The notes beneath the pieces were generated by a model. That model saw only the letters and a program-made list of their open reading frames with translations, did no database searches and was not told where the DNA came from. The translations under genes were made by a program, and so were the position numbers. From Octopus sinensis (taxonomy: Eukaryota): DNA of 64,000 bases. Positions 1 through 15,129 of the stretch are shown here, one piece after another. The stretch lies in assembly GCF_006345805.1 (NCBI RefSeq), contig NC_042997.1, positions 74,028,001-74,092,000 on the forward strand, given 5' to 3'. Within the stretch, counting starts at the first letter, position 1; every line of letters starts with the position of its first letter.

Positions 1-391
1 ATATAGAAAATGAGAGTTGAAATTCTGAGAAAAATTTGTGATATGTTCAGTATATATGTGTATGCAACCACCAATCTATTTATTCATTATTATTTTTTTT
101 TTTTACTGATATAATTGTATTCTACACCATCTGAGAGGTAGAAAATTTCATTTTAGAATATCCTTTTTTCTGAAAATTATGAGGAAACAAAATTGATTCA
201 CATGAATTATTAGAAACTCCTTTCTTTTCCCACCCCTTCTGAAAAAATGTTCCACAATTAATTTTGATGTAATTGGAATCTATATCTGAAAGCTACTTCT
301 AATAAAAATTTCAGCAAACAACATCCATTTTTCTGAAATTTATCAGGGGACAATTCAGACGCCTGGCACACTTATATAGGTATACCAATAT

Positions 392-600
392 TTATTATTA
401 GCAAGGTGGCAGGGCAAAATGCTTAGCAGTATTTCATCTGCCTTTATTGTTCTGAGTTCAAATTCCGCTGAGGTCGACTTTGCCTTTCATCTTTTTGGGG
501 TCGATAAATTAAGTATCAGTTGTGTACTGGGGTCGATCTAATCAACTGGCCCCTTCCCCAAAAATTTTAGGCCTTGTGCCTAGAATAGAAAAGAATATTT
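392..600 (+). mobile_element. tRNA-derived SINE (degenerate)
   Basis: B-box-like TGAGTTCAAATTCC near 452, followed by GGGGTCGAT...AAGTA...GGGGTCGAT motifs that recur in other SINE copies in the window. Confidence 0.55.
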
Positions 601-3486
601 ATTATTAGTTTGAAAAAGAAAACTGACAAGAGATATTTTTAATTATCGTGATGCTCTTTGAATAATTGAAAGCAACAGAATTTAGAAATAAAACTCTTAC
701 TTTCTTTTCTCAAGATGGTAATATTCATATTTGTGAGTGGATTAAATGCAATAAGTGAATAATCCAGGAGGATGAAATTATCTTCCAACTAGCATCTAGG
801 ATAATTTGAAATCAGTTTTATCAAATCTCGCAGTAATCTGAGCACAATTTCATATTTCCAACTGATAAGGAAGATAGTGATAATCTGAAATCTCTACACT
901 GGGATGAATTCTTTACATGGACACTCTGAGGTGATGATACTTCAAGTGATCCTCCTTGCCCAAGGAGTATTCCAGTAATTTTATGAATGCACGTGAGGTA
1001 TTCCAGCTTCGATCATCCCATTATTCTAGCTTTTTTTTCAAAGTATGTATTATCTAATGTCATTTTTACTTTTTTATAAATGTAGTGTGATTTAAGAGGT
1101 ATTTGGCAGCTATTTCTAGCAGGTCTAGCGAGCACATAATGGATCTCTATAATCTTAAAAGTAGACAATGCTGGTCAACCATTATTATGATGGTGCCTTA
1201 ACAGGTTTACTGTATTGAGAATGACCATGAGTTGAATAATAATCAAAACTTTTTAATAAAAAAGAAGTTGCCCTAACACAGAGAAAGTATCAATATTGAT
1301 ATTTATGAATATGCTGAACATTAATAATTCCCACGGAAAAATATCAATGTTCATAAAATTACAAGCTATACAAACAAAAGAAAGAGTAAAAAACTAACTA
1401 ATATGACTGAAAATAATTATCATTATTATTAATTAGGTGACTTATAAAATGAGATTAAAATTCCTTCTAAATGTTGATTACATAATATAAAGATCTGACG
1501 GAATGTTAATAAACTTGAGGATGGTTGAGGACAAGCATTAAAAAAGTTACCAGATGATGAGACAAGAAAATGGCATTCATCTCTGCACATGTGGGAAAAT
1601 AAAATAGAGGCCGTGTTTAGTTCAACAACCTCCTATGTCAGAAAATGAATATTAAATGACAAGAATCAGCAAAGAATAAAAACCAAGGAATGAGTTCCAG
1701 CAATGTCACAATTTTAATTCAGCACATAGGAATAATAGTGAAGACAAAATTAATTCAAAATTTAGTTTACCAGAATAAGGTTGTGCATACATGTAATGAT
1801 CAGACAAAAAAAAAACCAGTGCATGGGAATAGAGATGAGCATCTGCAAAACAAAATGCAAGGTGACAACATTTCACATAATTCTAACCAAACAAATTGTT
1901 TATAGATAAGGTATAAAGTCCTTATTAGAAATAGCAGTGAAGTGTTCCTTATTTTTCTTTACCAAAAAGAATTTGTATACAAAAGGGCTAAGAAAATAAT
2001 GTGAGTTGTTCATGACATTTTTCATAAGAAGGATATTTAAGTGCAAAACCTTGTTAATCAGTGTTGAAAAATATTTTGAGCACATGTTCTCTTTTTAGAG
2101 AGAATCTGGGGGAAAAAAAGGTCACTGGTAAAAAATCTCCGTAGCAGAGTTTCTTTGTAGCCTCAACTGGAATATTCGTTTTAGTCATCAATATCAATAT
2201 TGTTGAATATACATGTAATGCCACAATTCTATGTGAGGTGTTTTCAATGTGTACATGTCATGTATTTTCAATACATGACTGAAATCATTGGTTTTATTGT
2301 CTTGCTTTGCTTAAGAAATTGAATAAAAGATTTATATTTTTTGTTCACATATATGCAATGCCATCATATATAAATTGCAGGGCCGAATTATGACCCATAG
2401 GAGCCTTTAAGTACTTAAAAGATTTTAGTGTCCCCGTATATAATTCAAACTATAAACAACAATAAACCATAACATAAATTTTTATTTTTCAAAATGAAGC
2501 AAAATGAAGCAAGAGATAAGGAATCCTGAATATTATTTTAGCAAATTTAAAATGATTTCTTTTGTGCTGCAAATCATTTACCATTTCTGTGGTGTCCCCT
2601 TCCTTTGATACCCTAAGTATGTGCTTATTTGCGTAATGGTTAAACCAGTGATGATAAATTGTGTACTGTCAGTTAATAACTGATTTAAAATATTTTTTGT
2701 TTATTACTTTGATTGTTTATAGTATTTAAACAAAATTACTTTTTCCAGTGACTTTTTTCCTTAACTAAAACTGTGATTTATCTTTCACTGACTCTTTTTC
2801 TGGACACCGTTGGAGACCCATTAATAATTACCTTTAAAACAGAAAAACACTTGCTTTTTGAGTTTATTTTTTTTAACTTCAGTGGGCTACAAAAGCATAG
2901 CCAAATAATTCTGGATGGCAAACATCATGGATTATGTGACTTTTACCTGCTGACATCATAACAGGAAATAAATAAGCCAGCTAAAGGGTTAAACTGATCG
3001 TATAACTACATGCTGCTGTTTCTACAATGTAATCATTACTTACTTGATAGAATGACTACTTAAAATCTTCTAATTACAAATCTTATACAGCTATTGACCT
3101 ACTTCTAAATGTTTTATGTCTCATATTACACCTTATCACAACCTACGGATCTAAGACAAGAGTCTCCAACTCTGAACAGAATATCTCTTTACATTATACT
3201 CCAATGAACCATTCCTGTGCAAATCTGGATCATACTAAGCAATTCAAATATTATTCTGTGATCCCATAATAATATTTCTTGTTAACTTTATATGAAAGTA
3301 ATTGTAAACAATAACTCCAAAAACTTCACTCACACAGCATTAAATTGTTTTTTGCTATTCCAAACATGTTCATTGTTTTATTTATCCAGCTGTATGATAC
3401 CATGTCATATGCTTTTTTGTAATCTAGCCATGCTACATTTTATCCTATCAGTCTGCATCTACAATTTCTAATTATCATTTTATCAA

Positions 3487-4130
3487 CTAATTAGTGATTT
3501 TTTGATGCCCTACTTTATTTCCTCCAGCCTTTCTGTTTTTCTGGAAGTAGATTGTTACTTTCCAGATGGTTATATAACTCTTCCGCCAAGACGTTTCCAT
3601 ATTAGTGGTAAACAGTTTGTAAGTCGAAAAGTTGATGCCAAGTTCCTTGAGGCATAGCAGCATTCGTCCACTTGTCATCCTGGTAGGGATGTGACCTTGC
3701 TGCAGTCATCCTGTTGCACAGTGATTCTTTCATGCAACTGTGTAACATTCTTCAGACAATAGCCTTGTACTCCATCCAGGCCGGGTCCTTTTCAGTTTGC
3801 TATTTTTTTAAATTCTGTCTCACTGTATATAGATTAATTCTGATGTCCTTTTAGCTTGGTACAGTTGCAAGTTGTCTTTCCACCTTTGTTAGCCACTCAA
3901 CACTTTCTTTATGCCTGGCCTGTTCCACAGCCTTCCTCAAAACTTTTTACTTTCTTCCACATCTGGAATCAGTTCCTGGTGTTGGCCTCCCTCTATTTCC
4001 TCAAATAGACGCCTTCTATTTGATTGGAACAGTTTATCGTATTCGAAACCTTTGCATTTAGCATCCTATCTAGTAATGTGTCAGGCAGCGAAACCAGGTT
4101 GCCTGACACATTACTACACATAAATGCCTC
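3487..4130 (-). pseudogene. R4/Dong-type (RLE) non-LTR retrotransposon RT fragment
   Basis: The minus strand resembles the ...KSPGPDGVQGYCLK...F(S/R)P.TCL...[16 protein letters not shown] block seen in the RLE copies at 54.6 and 57.1 kb; frameshifted. Confidence 0.7.
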
Positions 4131-4236
4131 TTAAAGTCAAAAGACTCTTAAAGTTTTGATTGTAAGAGTCTCTCATAGCATGAGGCATTTATGTGTAGTA
4201 ATGCCCTTAATATAAATAAATATATATTTATATTTA

Positions 4237-4264
<28 letters not shown>

Positions 4265-4267
<3 letters not shown>

Positions 4268-4577
4268 CAAATGAAATAAAAAACAGAACACAAAGGATGT
4301 CGCGGTACACGTGTTTCAAGCTTTATAAAACAACTTATTCTTACATCAATGTATAATCAACATAACAGATGGTTTAAAGCTCTCTTCAGCTGCATGCAAT
4401 TGCTATACCAAAGACCTGTATCACATTATGAAAAGTCCGAAAAGGAACATTTGGTATTATCTATAATGGTAGGTATATTGAGTTTCAAACATTGATGTAA
4501 GAATAAGTTGTTTTATAAAGCTTGAAACACTTGTACCGCGACATCCTTTGTGTTCTGTTTTTTATTTCATTTGATAC
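4265..4577. repeat. Inverted repeat (~85-bp arms, 4265-4351 and 4491-4577)
   Basis: TCAAATGAAATAAAAAACAGAACACAAAGGATGTCGCGGTAC... is reverse-complemented at 4491-4577; flanked by (TA)n. Confidence 0.9.
4301..4394 (-). ncRNA. Minimal hammerhead ribozyme motif (PLE type)
   Basis: Minus strand: TGCAG-CTGAAGA-GAGCTTTA...TAAAGCTT-GAAAC-ACGT-GTA|CCGCG. Core intact, 8-bp stem II, palindromic stem III (ACACGTGT), one mismatch in stem I. Confidence 0.75.
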
Positions 4578-4789
4578 ATATATCCTCTCACCTCTGCTAC
4601 TAGCTGGCATATACAGGTGCTTACATTTATCAAGTATTCACCCTGAATTTATATATATCTATATATATATATTTAGATAAATTCAGCAAAGATTTAGATT
4701 CAGATGAATATGGTACTTAAGTTGAGACACCAGAATTTAGTATGGTATTATCCATATCGGAATCGGAATCGAAATTGAACCAATCCTAT

Positions 4790-7200
<2,411 letters not shown>

Positions 7201-7214
7201 ATAAAATGCTACTT

Positions 7215-8850
7215 TCTAAAATATTTGATGGTACAGGTGGCACTATGTACACATGATATCCTATGGTCTAACCAATTATTAGCCAGGTTGCCATTATCTT
7301 TATGCTTAAAAATTTCATATGTTTCCATAGAGCAAAGCTCACACCCATATCAGCTATTTCTATAAGGCTGAGCTATTTTTATTATTCCCCATTTGAGGCT
7401 AAACCCAATTCCACTTTCTTTCAATTCTCAAATCTTACTGGATAATGACGTACAATTTGCCTTATGTTTAAGTTTAAAGGACAGCACGTGATTGTATATA
7501 CGCTGTTCAAATTAATCGAACAACCAAAGTAAATATAATTATTAAATGTAGTTATTATTGTGCATTTATATACAACATTCTAGGAAAGACATCGGCCTAA
7601 TAACGGGATTTAACCCTATAATTGCAACTAGGAGAATTGTTATTATTAATATTAAGATTACGATTTAAATTATTATTTTTATTTTCATTGTTAATATTTT
7701 CACTATTAATAATTAAATTTTCAAGTATACTATGTTCACGTCTATTATTTTCTAACTCTACCTCAATCATATTATCACATAAAATCACCTCTGCAGCATC
7801 AGTTTCCATGACCGTTTATGTACTGGAACTACAATCCATATTGTTTTTATTAGAAGTGCTACCACCATTCCTTCTATTCACCCCATCATCATCAATACTA
7901 CTATTTTCATTTTGGGGGTTTAAGTTATAGTTGATAGTACTATTATTATTAATAATATAATTATTATTATTGCTATTTTTATTATTATTATTGTTGTTGT
8001 TGTTGTTGTTATTATTATTATTATCAACAATTCTGGCTAATTTTATATTCTTCCTATTTAATCTAGCTATGATGGTACCTATATTGGGGAGAGTAGTGTA
8101 TGAGATTCTAACTGTTTTACGTGAAAAGATTCTATAATATCTATGGGAAGTAGGGAAGTTTTTTCTAAAATAGTCATAAATTTTCTATATATGTTTGTGG
8201 ATAATGTATAGTTGTATGGGATATTAAACCAGACGAGATTCTTACCTTTAAATTTTTCGTGTAAGTAAGGGCGGGATATATTTGTACTATCCATGCTCCC
8301 TAGAATCGTGCCGTGATTAATAGTTTTGTATATATTTCTAGTGGATCCCTTATCTGAAGGAGTAACCATTTCTTTTTCATTGTCACCTTTTTTATTCAAC
8401 CTAAGCTTCTTACTTGTTTTAGTATCCTGTCCCCTATAGAAGCATACTCTGTTGTTATTATTTAAAATGTTAGGATTGTAGGATGGGTATCATTTGGTAC
8501 TTTTTCACAATTATGCCAGTAGACTTTCTATTATTCAAACTATCATTTTTCCCTCTATCAAAAGGTGCTGAACTTTCAAGACAGAGAAAAGTAATTTCCT
8601 GGTCATATCCCTCTTTAGACAAAGCAACATTATAGTGGTATGAATGGGAATTAATGTTTGATGATAATTTTAATGATAATTTAGTAATTCTCCTAGACAT
8701 ACTTTTAACTACTGATTTTATTACATTAGTGGGTGATCTGATAATTTATTTACATATCTTGTAACTTCACCTTCTTTCCTATAGGGGAAGTATAATTTAG
8801 AGTTAATGTTTAAAGTATTATCCCCAAAATTTACTACTTTAGTGCCATAT
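7215..8850 (-). pseudogene. Penelope-like element (Neptune-type), RT C-terminus, linker and GIY-YIG endonuclease; decayed
   Basis: Minus-strand peptides: [64 protein letters not shown], then PLLGRCLS.NVVYKCTI..YFGCS and CELCSMETYEIF. A low-complexity AAT/AAC expansion lies in the linker. Confidence 0.8.
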
Positions 8851-8879
8851 TCATATATTTATATATATATTTATTTATT

Positions 8880-9003
<124 letters not shown>

Positions 9004-9138
9004 TACGGAGATGTACTTGCATAGCAAGTCATTTGATCTGAGATCGTGTGCTGGAACGAAAACAATTGCAGCGTGGAAGGTAAGCCATTTAAAAAACACC
9101 TTCCATGCTGCAATTGTATATATAAATATATATATATT

Positions 9139-9182
<44 letters not shown>

Positions 9183-9267
9183 ATAATAAAAGGGTAAAAT
9201 CAATTAACCGTTAATTAATTTCACCAAGTAGTGTTCAGTATGTAAAAGGACCATTCAAGGTATATTT

Positions 9268-9670
9268 AAAATATTACGTTATATAATTAGGGTTCAGTAA
9301 AATAATTTACTTTACCACACACTGAAACTTTTAGAAATAGCAGTCAAAAAGTTTTTTTAGCTATTTCTTCTACTATAAGAAAAGTCTCCCAGATAGTGTT
9401 TACTCAGAAATAATTGACGCAGATATGGAGGGAAAAATAACAAATTATCACATGTACAAAGATCATTTGTACAAGATCTTGTACATGTGATAATTTGTTA
9501 TTTTTCCCTCCATATCTGCGTGAATTATTTTTGAGTAGACACTATCTGGGAGACTTTTCTTATAGTAGAAGAAATAGCTAAAAAAACTTTTTGACTGCTA
9601 TTTCTAAAAGTTTCAGTGTGTGGTAAAGTAAATTATTTTACTGAACCCTAATTATATAAGGTAATATTTT
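9268..9670. repeat. Near-perfect palindrome (~200-bp arms)
   Basis: 9268-~9469 is reverse-complemented at ~9480-9670 with about 4 substitutions; centre TGTACAAAGATCATTTGTACAAGATCTTGTACA. Confidence 0.95.
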
Positions 9671-9672
9671 AT

Positions 9673-9708
<36 letters not shown>

Positions 9709-9776
9709 CTATATATATATATATATATATATATAAATATATATATATAAATATATATATATAAATATATATATAT

Positions 9777-9880
<104 letters not shown>

Positions 9881-9934
9881 ATGGGAAAAAAGTCAAGGTA
9901 GAAAATGCTAAAATAATTTTATAATAATTATAAA

Positions 9935-10800
9935 AGGTTCTAGAAAAATACGGCAGCCCATTCTCCCTCTACATAGAAAATAACTGGAAGAGACAACTGG
10001 ATGACTGTTTCATTCTTTGGCATGAAAGTATAGAGAGACTTAAAGAATTCCAAGCACTTATAAATGGACTTGATGTAAACATTCAATTCACGATGGAATA
10101 TAGCCATCAACAACTTCCCTTCTTCATTAAGAAATCTAGCAATGTAATAGAAACAGATATATACTTTAAGCCCATGGACTCCAAGCAATATCTACCATTC
10201 CACTCATGCCATCCTAGATACACCAGAATGAATATCCCCTTCAACCTAGCAAAAAGGATATGTACTATAGTTTCTAATGCAAACACGGGAGACACATGAC
10301 TACATGAACTAAAGGATACACTCATCACCAAGAACTACCCACCTTCACTAATTGACATATGCTTCCAACGTGCCCTTCAACTCTACATCCACAAGCTCAG
10401 ACATCCCAAATTAAAGAAGGATTTACAACCAAAAGCCCTACCATACATCTCCACACACAACCCTCTTAACAATGAAGCCTTCGACATCATCCTTCAAAAC
10501 ATTCCCCTGCTAAAAAAGGACCACAGAATGAACTCAATCCTCCAAACACACACCATCATAAAAAGCAAGCGACAACCCAAATCTATGAAAAGTCTCCTAA
10601 CACAAGCCCAAATATGCTCAACAACAACACAGAAGCTGTCAGTAAAAAAATGCGGAAGACCCAACTGTGGGATATGCATCAATTTAACTGAGGGATCAGA
10701 GTTCTCCTTCAAACAGGGAATAAAGCTTCACAGTGAAAAGCAGCTTCACATTTTCTTCAGAGAACCTGATATACACACTAACCTGCTCTGGGTGTCAAGT
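9935..10800 (+). pseudogene. Penelope-like element fragment (RT thumb, linker, start of GIY-YIG)
   Basis: IETDIYFKPMDSKQYLPFHSCHPRYTRMNIPFNLAKRICTIVS, IKSKRQPKSMKSLL and KKCGRPNCGIC. Bounded by 44-bp inverted repeats at 9879-9922 and 10912-10958. Confidence 0.85.
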
Positions 10801-10864
10801 AGGGAAGTTCTTTTAAAAAACTTTACTTTTAATTTTTCCAAAATTTAATTGTTTTCCATACTTA

Positions 10865-10900
10865 CAGTTGAAAAAGTCTCAATCACTGAAACTGGTACTG
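10865..10900 (+). ncRNA. Degenerate minimal hammerhead motif in the 3' pLTR of the preceding PLE
   Basis: CAG-TTGAAAA-AGT-ctcaatc-ACT-GAAAC-TG-GTA|CTG. Stems I and II pair, but the core has two substitutions (C3>T, G8>A). Confidence 0.5.
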
Positions 10901-11136
10901 AAATGTTTTTCATAAAATTATTTTAGCATTTTCTACCTTGACTTTTTTTCCATATATATCAATTCGTGTGTTCCTTTTCAACCTTCTACATATATAAATA
11001 TATAAATACAGTGTGCATTTAAACACATAAGATTCATAGGATTCCTTGCATACGAGGGAGGACAGTTAAATTCCAAACCACTATAAGGGATAAAATTTCG
11101 AAAGGAATGAAAAATAGAAATATTTACCATCTAACT

Positions 11137-11207
11137 CCTGGATCAATCATTTCAGACTTTTCTTTAACAAATAAAATAATTTGCTAGGCAAAGTCTTCTT
11201 CAGCAGG
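11137..11207 (-). ncRNA. Hammerhead ribozyme motif with AUC cleavage triplet
   Basis: Minus strand: CCTG-CTGAAGA-AGACTTT...AAAGTCT-GAAA-T-GATTG-ATC|CAGG. Perfect 4-bp stem I, 7-bp stem II, and a T-A pair in place of the usual C-G in stem III. Confidence 0.7.
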
Positions 11208-11371
11208 TACACCTTAGATTAAATAATATATACACGAGGCAATCCAGTATATGCCCTGTGCTTTTATACATTCTAAGTTTTCAAATCTACTGTGCAAGTG
11301 CAGCTCCTTGTTGGCAGTAAATAAAATACTGGCTTTTGGATTCAAAAATTATCCAGAAAAATTATCAATAA

Positions 11372-11532
11372 TTAATAATATCAAAGGGTAATCAGAAATA
11401 TTTGAAATTTCCATTACCAGTGGCCTAGCATGTAAAAAAATTTAGTCAATGACTATTGACTAAATTATTTACACACTAGGCCACTGGTAATGGAAATTTC
11501 AAATATTTCTGATTACCCTTTGATATTATTAA
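11372..11532. repeat. Hairpin/palindrome (~80-bp arms)
   Basis: TTAATAATATCAAAGGGTAATCAGAAATATTTGAAATTTCCATTACCAGTGGCCTAG and its reverse complement, with an inner TTTAGTCAAT/ATTGACTAAA stem. Confidence 0.9.
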
Positions 11533-11555
11533 TATTATTAATTACATATATATAT

Positions 11556-11593
<38 letters not shown>

Positions 11594-11644
11594 CTTATAT
11601 ATATATATATAATTTTTATTTATGTATTTATATATATATATTTA

Positions 11645-14600
11645 TATTTATTTATTTATTTATAGGATGGCCACCACTAACACCTACCCCAATATTGCAC
11701 CCATACTCCTACTGAATATTAGGAGTTTACTACAACTCAGCAACAGAGGTAAAATTCTCTATCTAAAAGAGCTTGCTACATGCAATCAAGCAATATGCAA
11801 AGCACTCACTGAAACGCATCTAGCCCCTGATGTAACAGATGCAGAAGTGCACATACCAGGTTATGCTGTATTTTGTACAGACAGAAGAGAAAGAAGCCAC
11901 GGAGGAGTTGCTATGTACATCCGTGAAGACATCACTCTTCTTGTATTATTGTCACATTCAAACTCAGTTTGTGACACCTTAATAATAGATATAAAGCAAA
12001 CTGATATAGCTATATGCACAATATATCATCCACCGAATACCACAAAATATGATGGAAAATTTGAGGATAGCCTCAAACACATCAAAGAGGTATTAACAAA
12101 CCTAGATCAGAACATCAACATACTTTTCCTGGGTGATTTCAATCCCCTACATGTCAAATGACCAGAAGGCCATATCCTCTCTGAGATGTCACTGCATGAA
12201 CAAAAGCACGTAGATTCATTATTTGAACTTACTAATAAGCTATTCATGGAGCAAGTGATATTCAGGCCAACCAGGGGGAACAACACATTGGACCTATGCT
12301 TTACAAATAATGTGGACCTCATCCATAATGTGAGGGTAACACCAATGGCATTCTCAGATCACAAAATTGTTGAACTAACTATGTACGTTCCTGTGCAATT
12401 TGTTGGTATCTACCCTATCAGGAGGACTTGAGCCTTATCCAACCTGAATTTCCATAAGGTGAAATGGGAATCAACCCGCAAAGAGATCCACAAACAAAAC
12501 TGTGTATACAAGACATTGATCTGAAACTCAGCCAGTTTATGTTAACAGTGCAGGCTATATGCACTAAATATATACCAGAAAGAAAGGCCAGCAGACTGTC
12601 TAACATGACTCCCAGGGACAGAAAAATCCTCATGAGACGTAGGTCAAATATCTCAAAGCAACTGAAATAGACAACTGACAATAGAGAGAAGTCTGTCTTA
12701 ACACGGATGCTCCTAGAAATTGAAAACAAGATCAAACTCTCTCATGAAAGGGAAAGAACAGAGAGAGAGAAGGGCTGTGGAAAGCATAAAAACAAATCCC
12801 AAAGCCTTCTATAAATTCGCAAAGGAAACAGCTACAATACAATATAAAATAGGACCATTGTTCCAAGGGAATGACTCACTGACAGCAGACCCAGTAAGAA
12901 TAAGTGAGATACTCAGTGAACAATTTAAAACTGTCTTCACTTACCCCATTGGACACACGCAGATGAAAAATCCAGCTGAATTCTTTGATACTGCAGCTCT
13001 GAATAAGGAGGCACCAGCCATCGATTACATCAACATGGAGGAAACAGATGTAACAGCAGCCATAGATGAAATGAGATCATGATCTGCTACTGGTCCTGAT
13101 GGCTTTCCAACTATTCTCCCCAAGTCGTGTAAGCAGGCTTCAGCGAAACCACTTCAGATACTTTTCCAAAGTTTCCTTGCAAGTGGTATACTTCCTAAAA
13201 AGCTGAAAGAAGGTATTATATGCCTTATCCACAAAGGTGGAAGCAGAGCAGAGGCCAAAAACTACAGACGAATCTCTCTGACTTCGCATATCACTAAAGT
13301 CATGGAGCGAATCAGCAGAAAGAAGTTGATAATGTTCCCAGTAGAAAATGACCTACTGAACAATACTCAGCATGGCTCCCACCCAAGAAGTTGCCTCACA
13401 CAACACCTTCAGCACTATGACTGGGTTTTGAGACAGCTGCTTGACCATTCAGATGTCAGTGTGATATACCTTGACTTTGCAATGGTGTTTGATAAGGTAG
13501 GTCATGGCATAAGTCATAAGCTACAAGACCTTGACATCAATGGTAAACTGGGAGAGTGGCTGCATGACTTCCTTAAAGACAGAAGTTAGGTGGTTGCAGC
13601 CAATGGCATCCTTTCTGAGGAAACTGAAATTGTAAGTGGTGTCCCCCAGGGAACTGATCTGGGGCCATTACTGTTCATAATAGCCCTCTTAGAGATGCAC
13701 ACAGTCACTCGGACAGCCACTGTCATTAGCTATGCCAATGACAAAATTATCACAGGCAGTAAAAAACCAAGAGGATGTTACAAACGTACAGTGGGACCTG
13801 AACTCAGTATACAAGTGGGCCGAAATAAACAACATGCTGTTTAATGCTGGAAAATTTCAAGCACTACGATATAAACTCAGTACAAATACAGTACAATGTA
13901 CATTTACAGGACCCGAGGGCACTACAATCCCAGAGTCACAGGCAGTGAAAGACTTAGGGATTAGCTTGTGCAATGATGCATCATTTCATATGCACATAAG
14001 GAAGATGGCAGCAAAGTGCAGACAACTGGCGGGATGGATACTGAGGTCTTTCAAGGCAAGAGACCAAGAAAGTATGTTAACCCTGTGGAGAACCTTTGTT
14101 CTCGGTCACCTTGACTACTGTTCCCAGTTATGGTCATCACATAGTGCCAAACTAACAGTGGAGCTTGAAGCAGTCCAATGCCACTACACTAAAAAGATTG
14201 AAACAATGCAGTGGATGAGCTACAGGGATAGGCTGAGAAAACTACAGCTTTACTCCCTGGAGCAAAGGCATGATAGATATGCAATAATATACATATGGAA
14301 AATCCTTGAAGGGCTAGTACCAAACTTTGGCAATGAGTGTTATACAAATGCCAGAACTGGGCGCCATTGCATTGTACTAAAGATACCGTCCACTCCATCT
14401 AAATTCAGGACTAGGCATTGCAATAGTCTAGGGTTCAAAGGTCCACAGTTTTTTATTGCCCTGCCACCAAAATTAAGAAATTTGCATAATGTGGAAGTAG
14501 ATATCTTCCAAAAGGAATTAGACATCCTCCTCTCCACAATACTGGCTGGACCAACAGCCTGATATGAGGTATAGACGTGGGCTGCAGAATCACACTCAAA

Positions 14601-14750
14601 TATACATCAAGCGTACCAAGAGCTGGGAAAAAGGCACACACAGGAGTGATGATGTGAAACAACCAGACTGAGGAAGTCACATCACAAACACCATGCTGGC
14701 GTCCCAGGATGACAAGAACAGCATGGCTGACTCGAGTAAAAGAAGGAAAA
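11645..14750 (+). pseudogene. CR1/Jockey-group LINE ORF2 (APE + RT), decayed
   Basis: APE motifs LNIRSL, ALTETHL, SHGGVAMYIR, FLGDFN, PTRGNNTLDL and SDHKIV. RT motifs YLDFAMVFDKV, SGVPQGTDLGPLLF and YANDTK, plus C-terminal HLDYCSQLWS. Many stops and frameshifts; (TA)n on both sides. Confidence 0.9.
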
Positions 14751-14789
14751 AAAAGATATATATATATATATATATACAATCAATCCAAA

Positions 14790-15077
14790 CATGAACAAGC
14801 AAGAAAAAACAACAACGTCAGGACGTGGAATAAGTAGTCTTATTGGACGCTCAGGAAAGGAAAGAGGATTTCACGTGGTGCACTTCATCAGAAATATAGA
14901 AAAAGTCCAAAGAAGGGAAGACGGAGGAAGAAAATTACTAACGATACATACGCGGACATATATTGAAATGACCAGAAGGGAACGGGTGAAGAAAAAGTTC
15001 TTTCAAAGACAGAAGAGTGCAAGAGAAGGAGGTATGTGTGTGTATCTGTGGGTATGTGCATGCGTGCAGGTCTGTGT

Positions 15078-15129
<52 letters not shown>

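Noticed and set aside
695-740. Possible 18-nt micro-exon (TTTCTTTTCTCAAG|ATGGTAATATTCATATTT|GTGAGT)
   Set aside because: Such signals arise by chance in AT-rich DNA; there is no neighbouring exon or homology support.
1690-2085. Short ORFs in the non-repetitive left end
   Set aside because: No recognisable domain, short, and overlapping on opposite strands.
2378-2650. Possible hAT-like MITE starting CAGGGCCG
   Set aside because: The right TIR is too degenerate and no TSD could be identified.
14860-14895. Hammerhead-like CTGATGA in the 3' pLTR of the minus-strand PLE
   Set aside because: The GAAAC half and cleavage triplet are not properly placed; at best a dead remnant.
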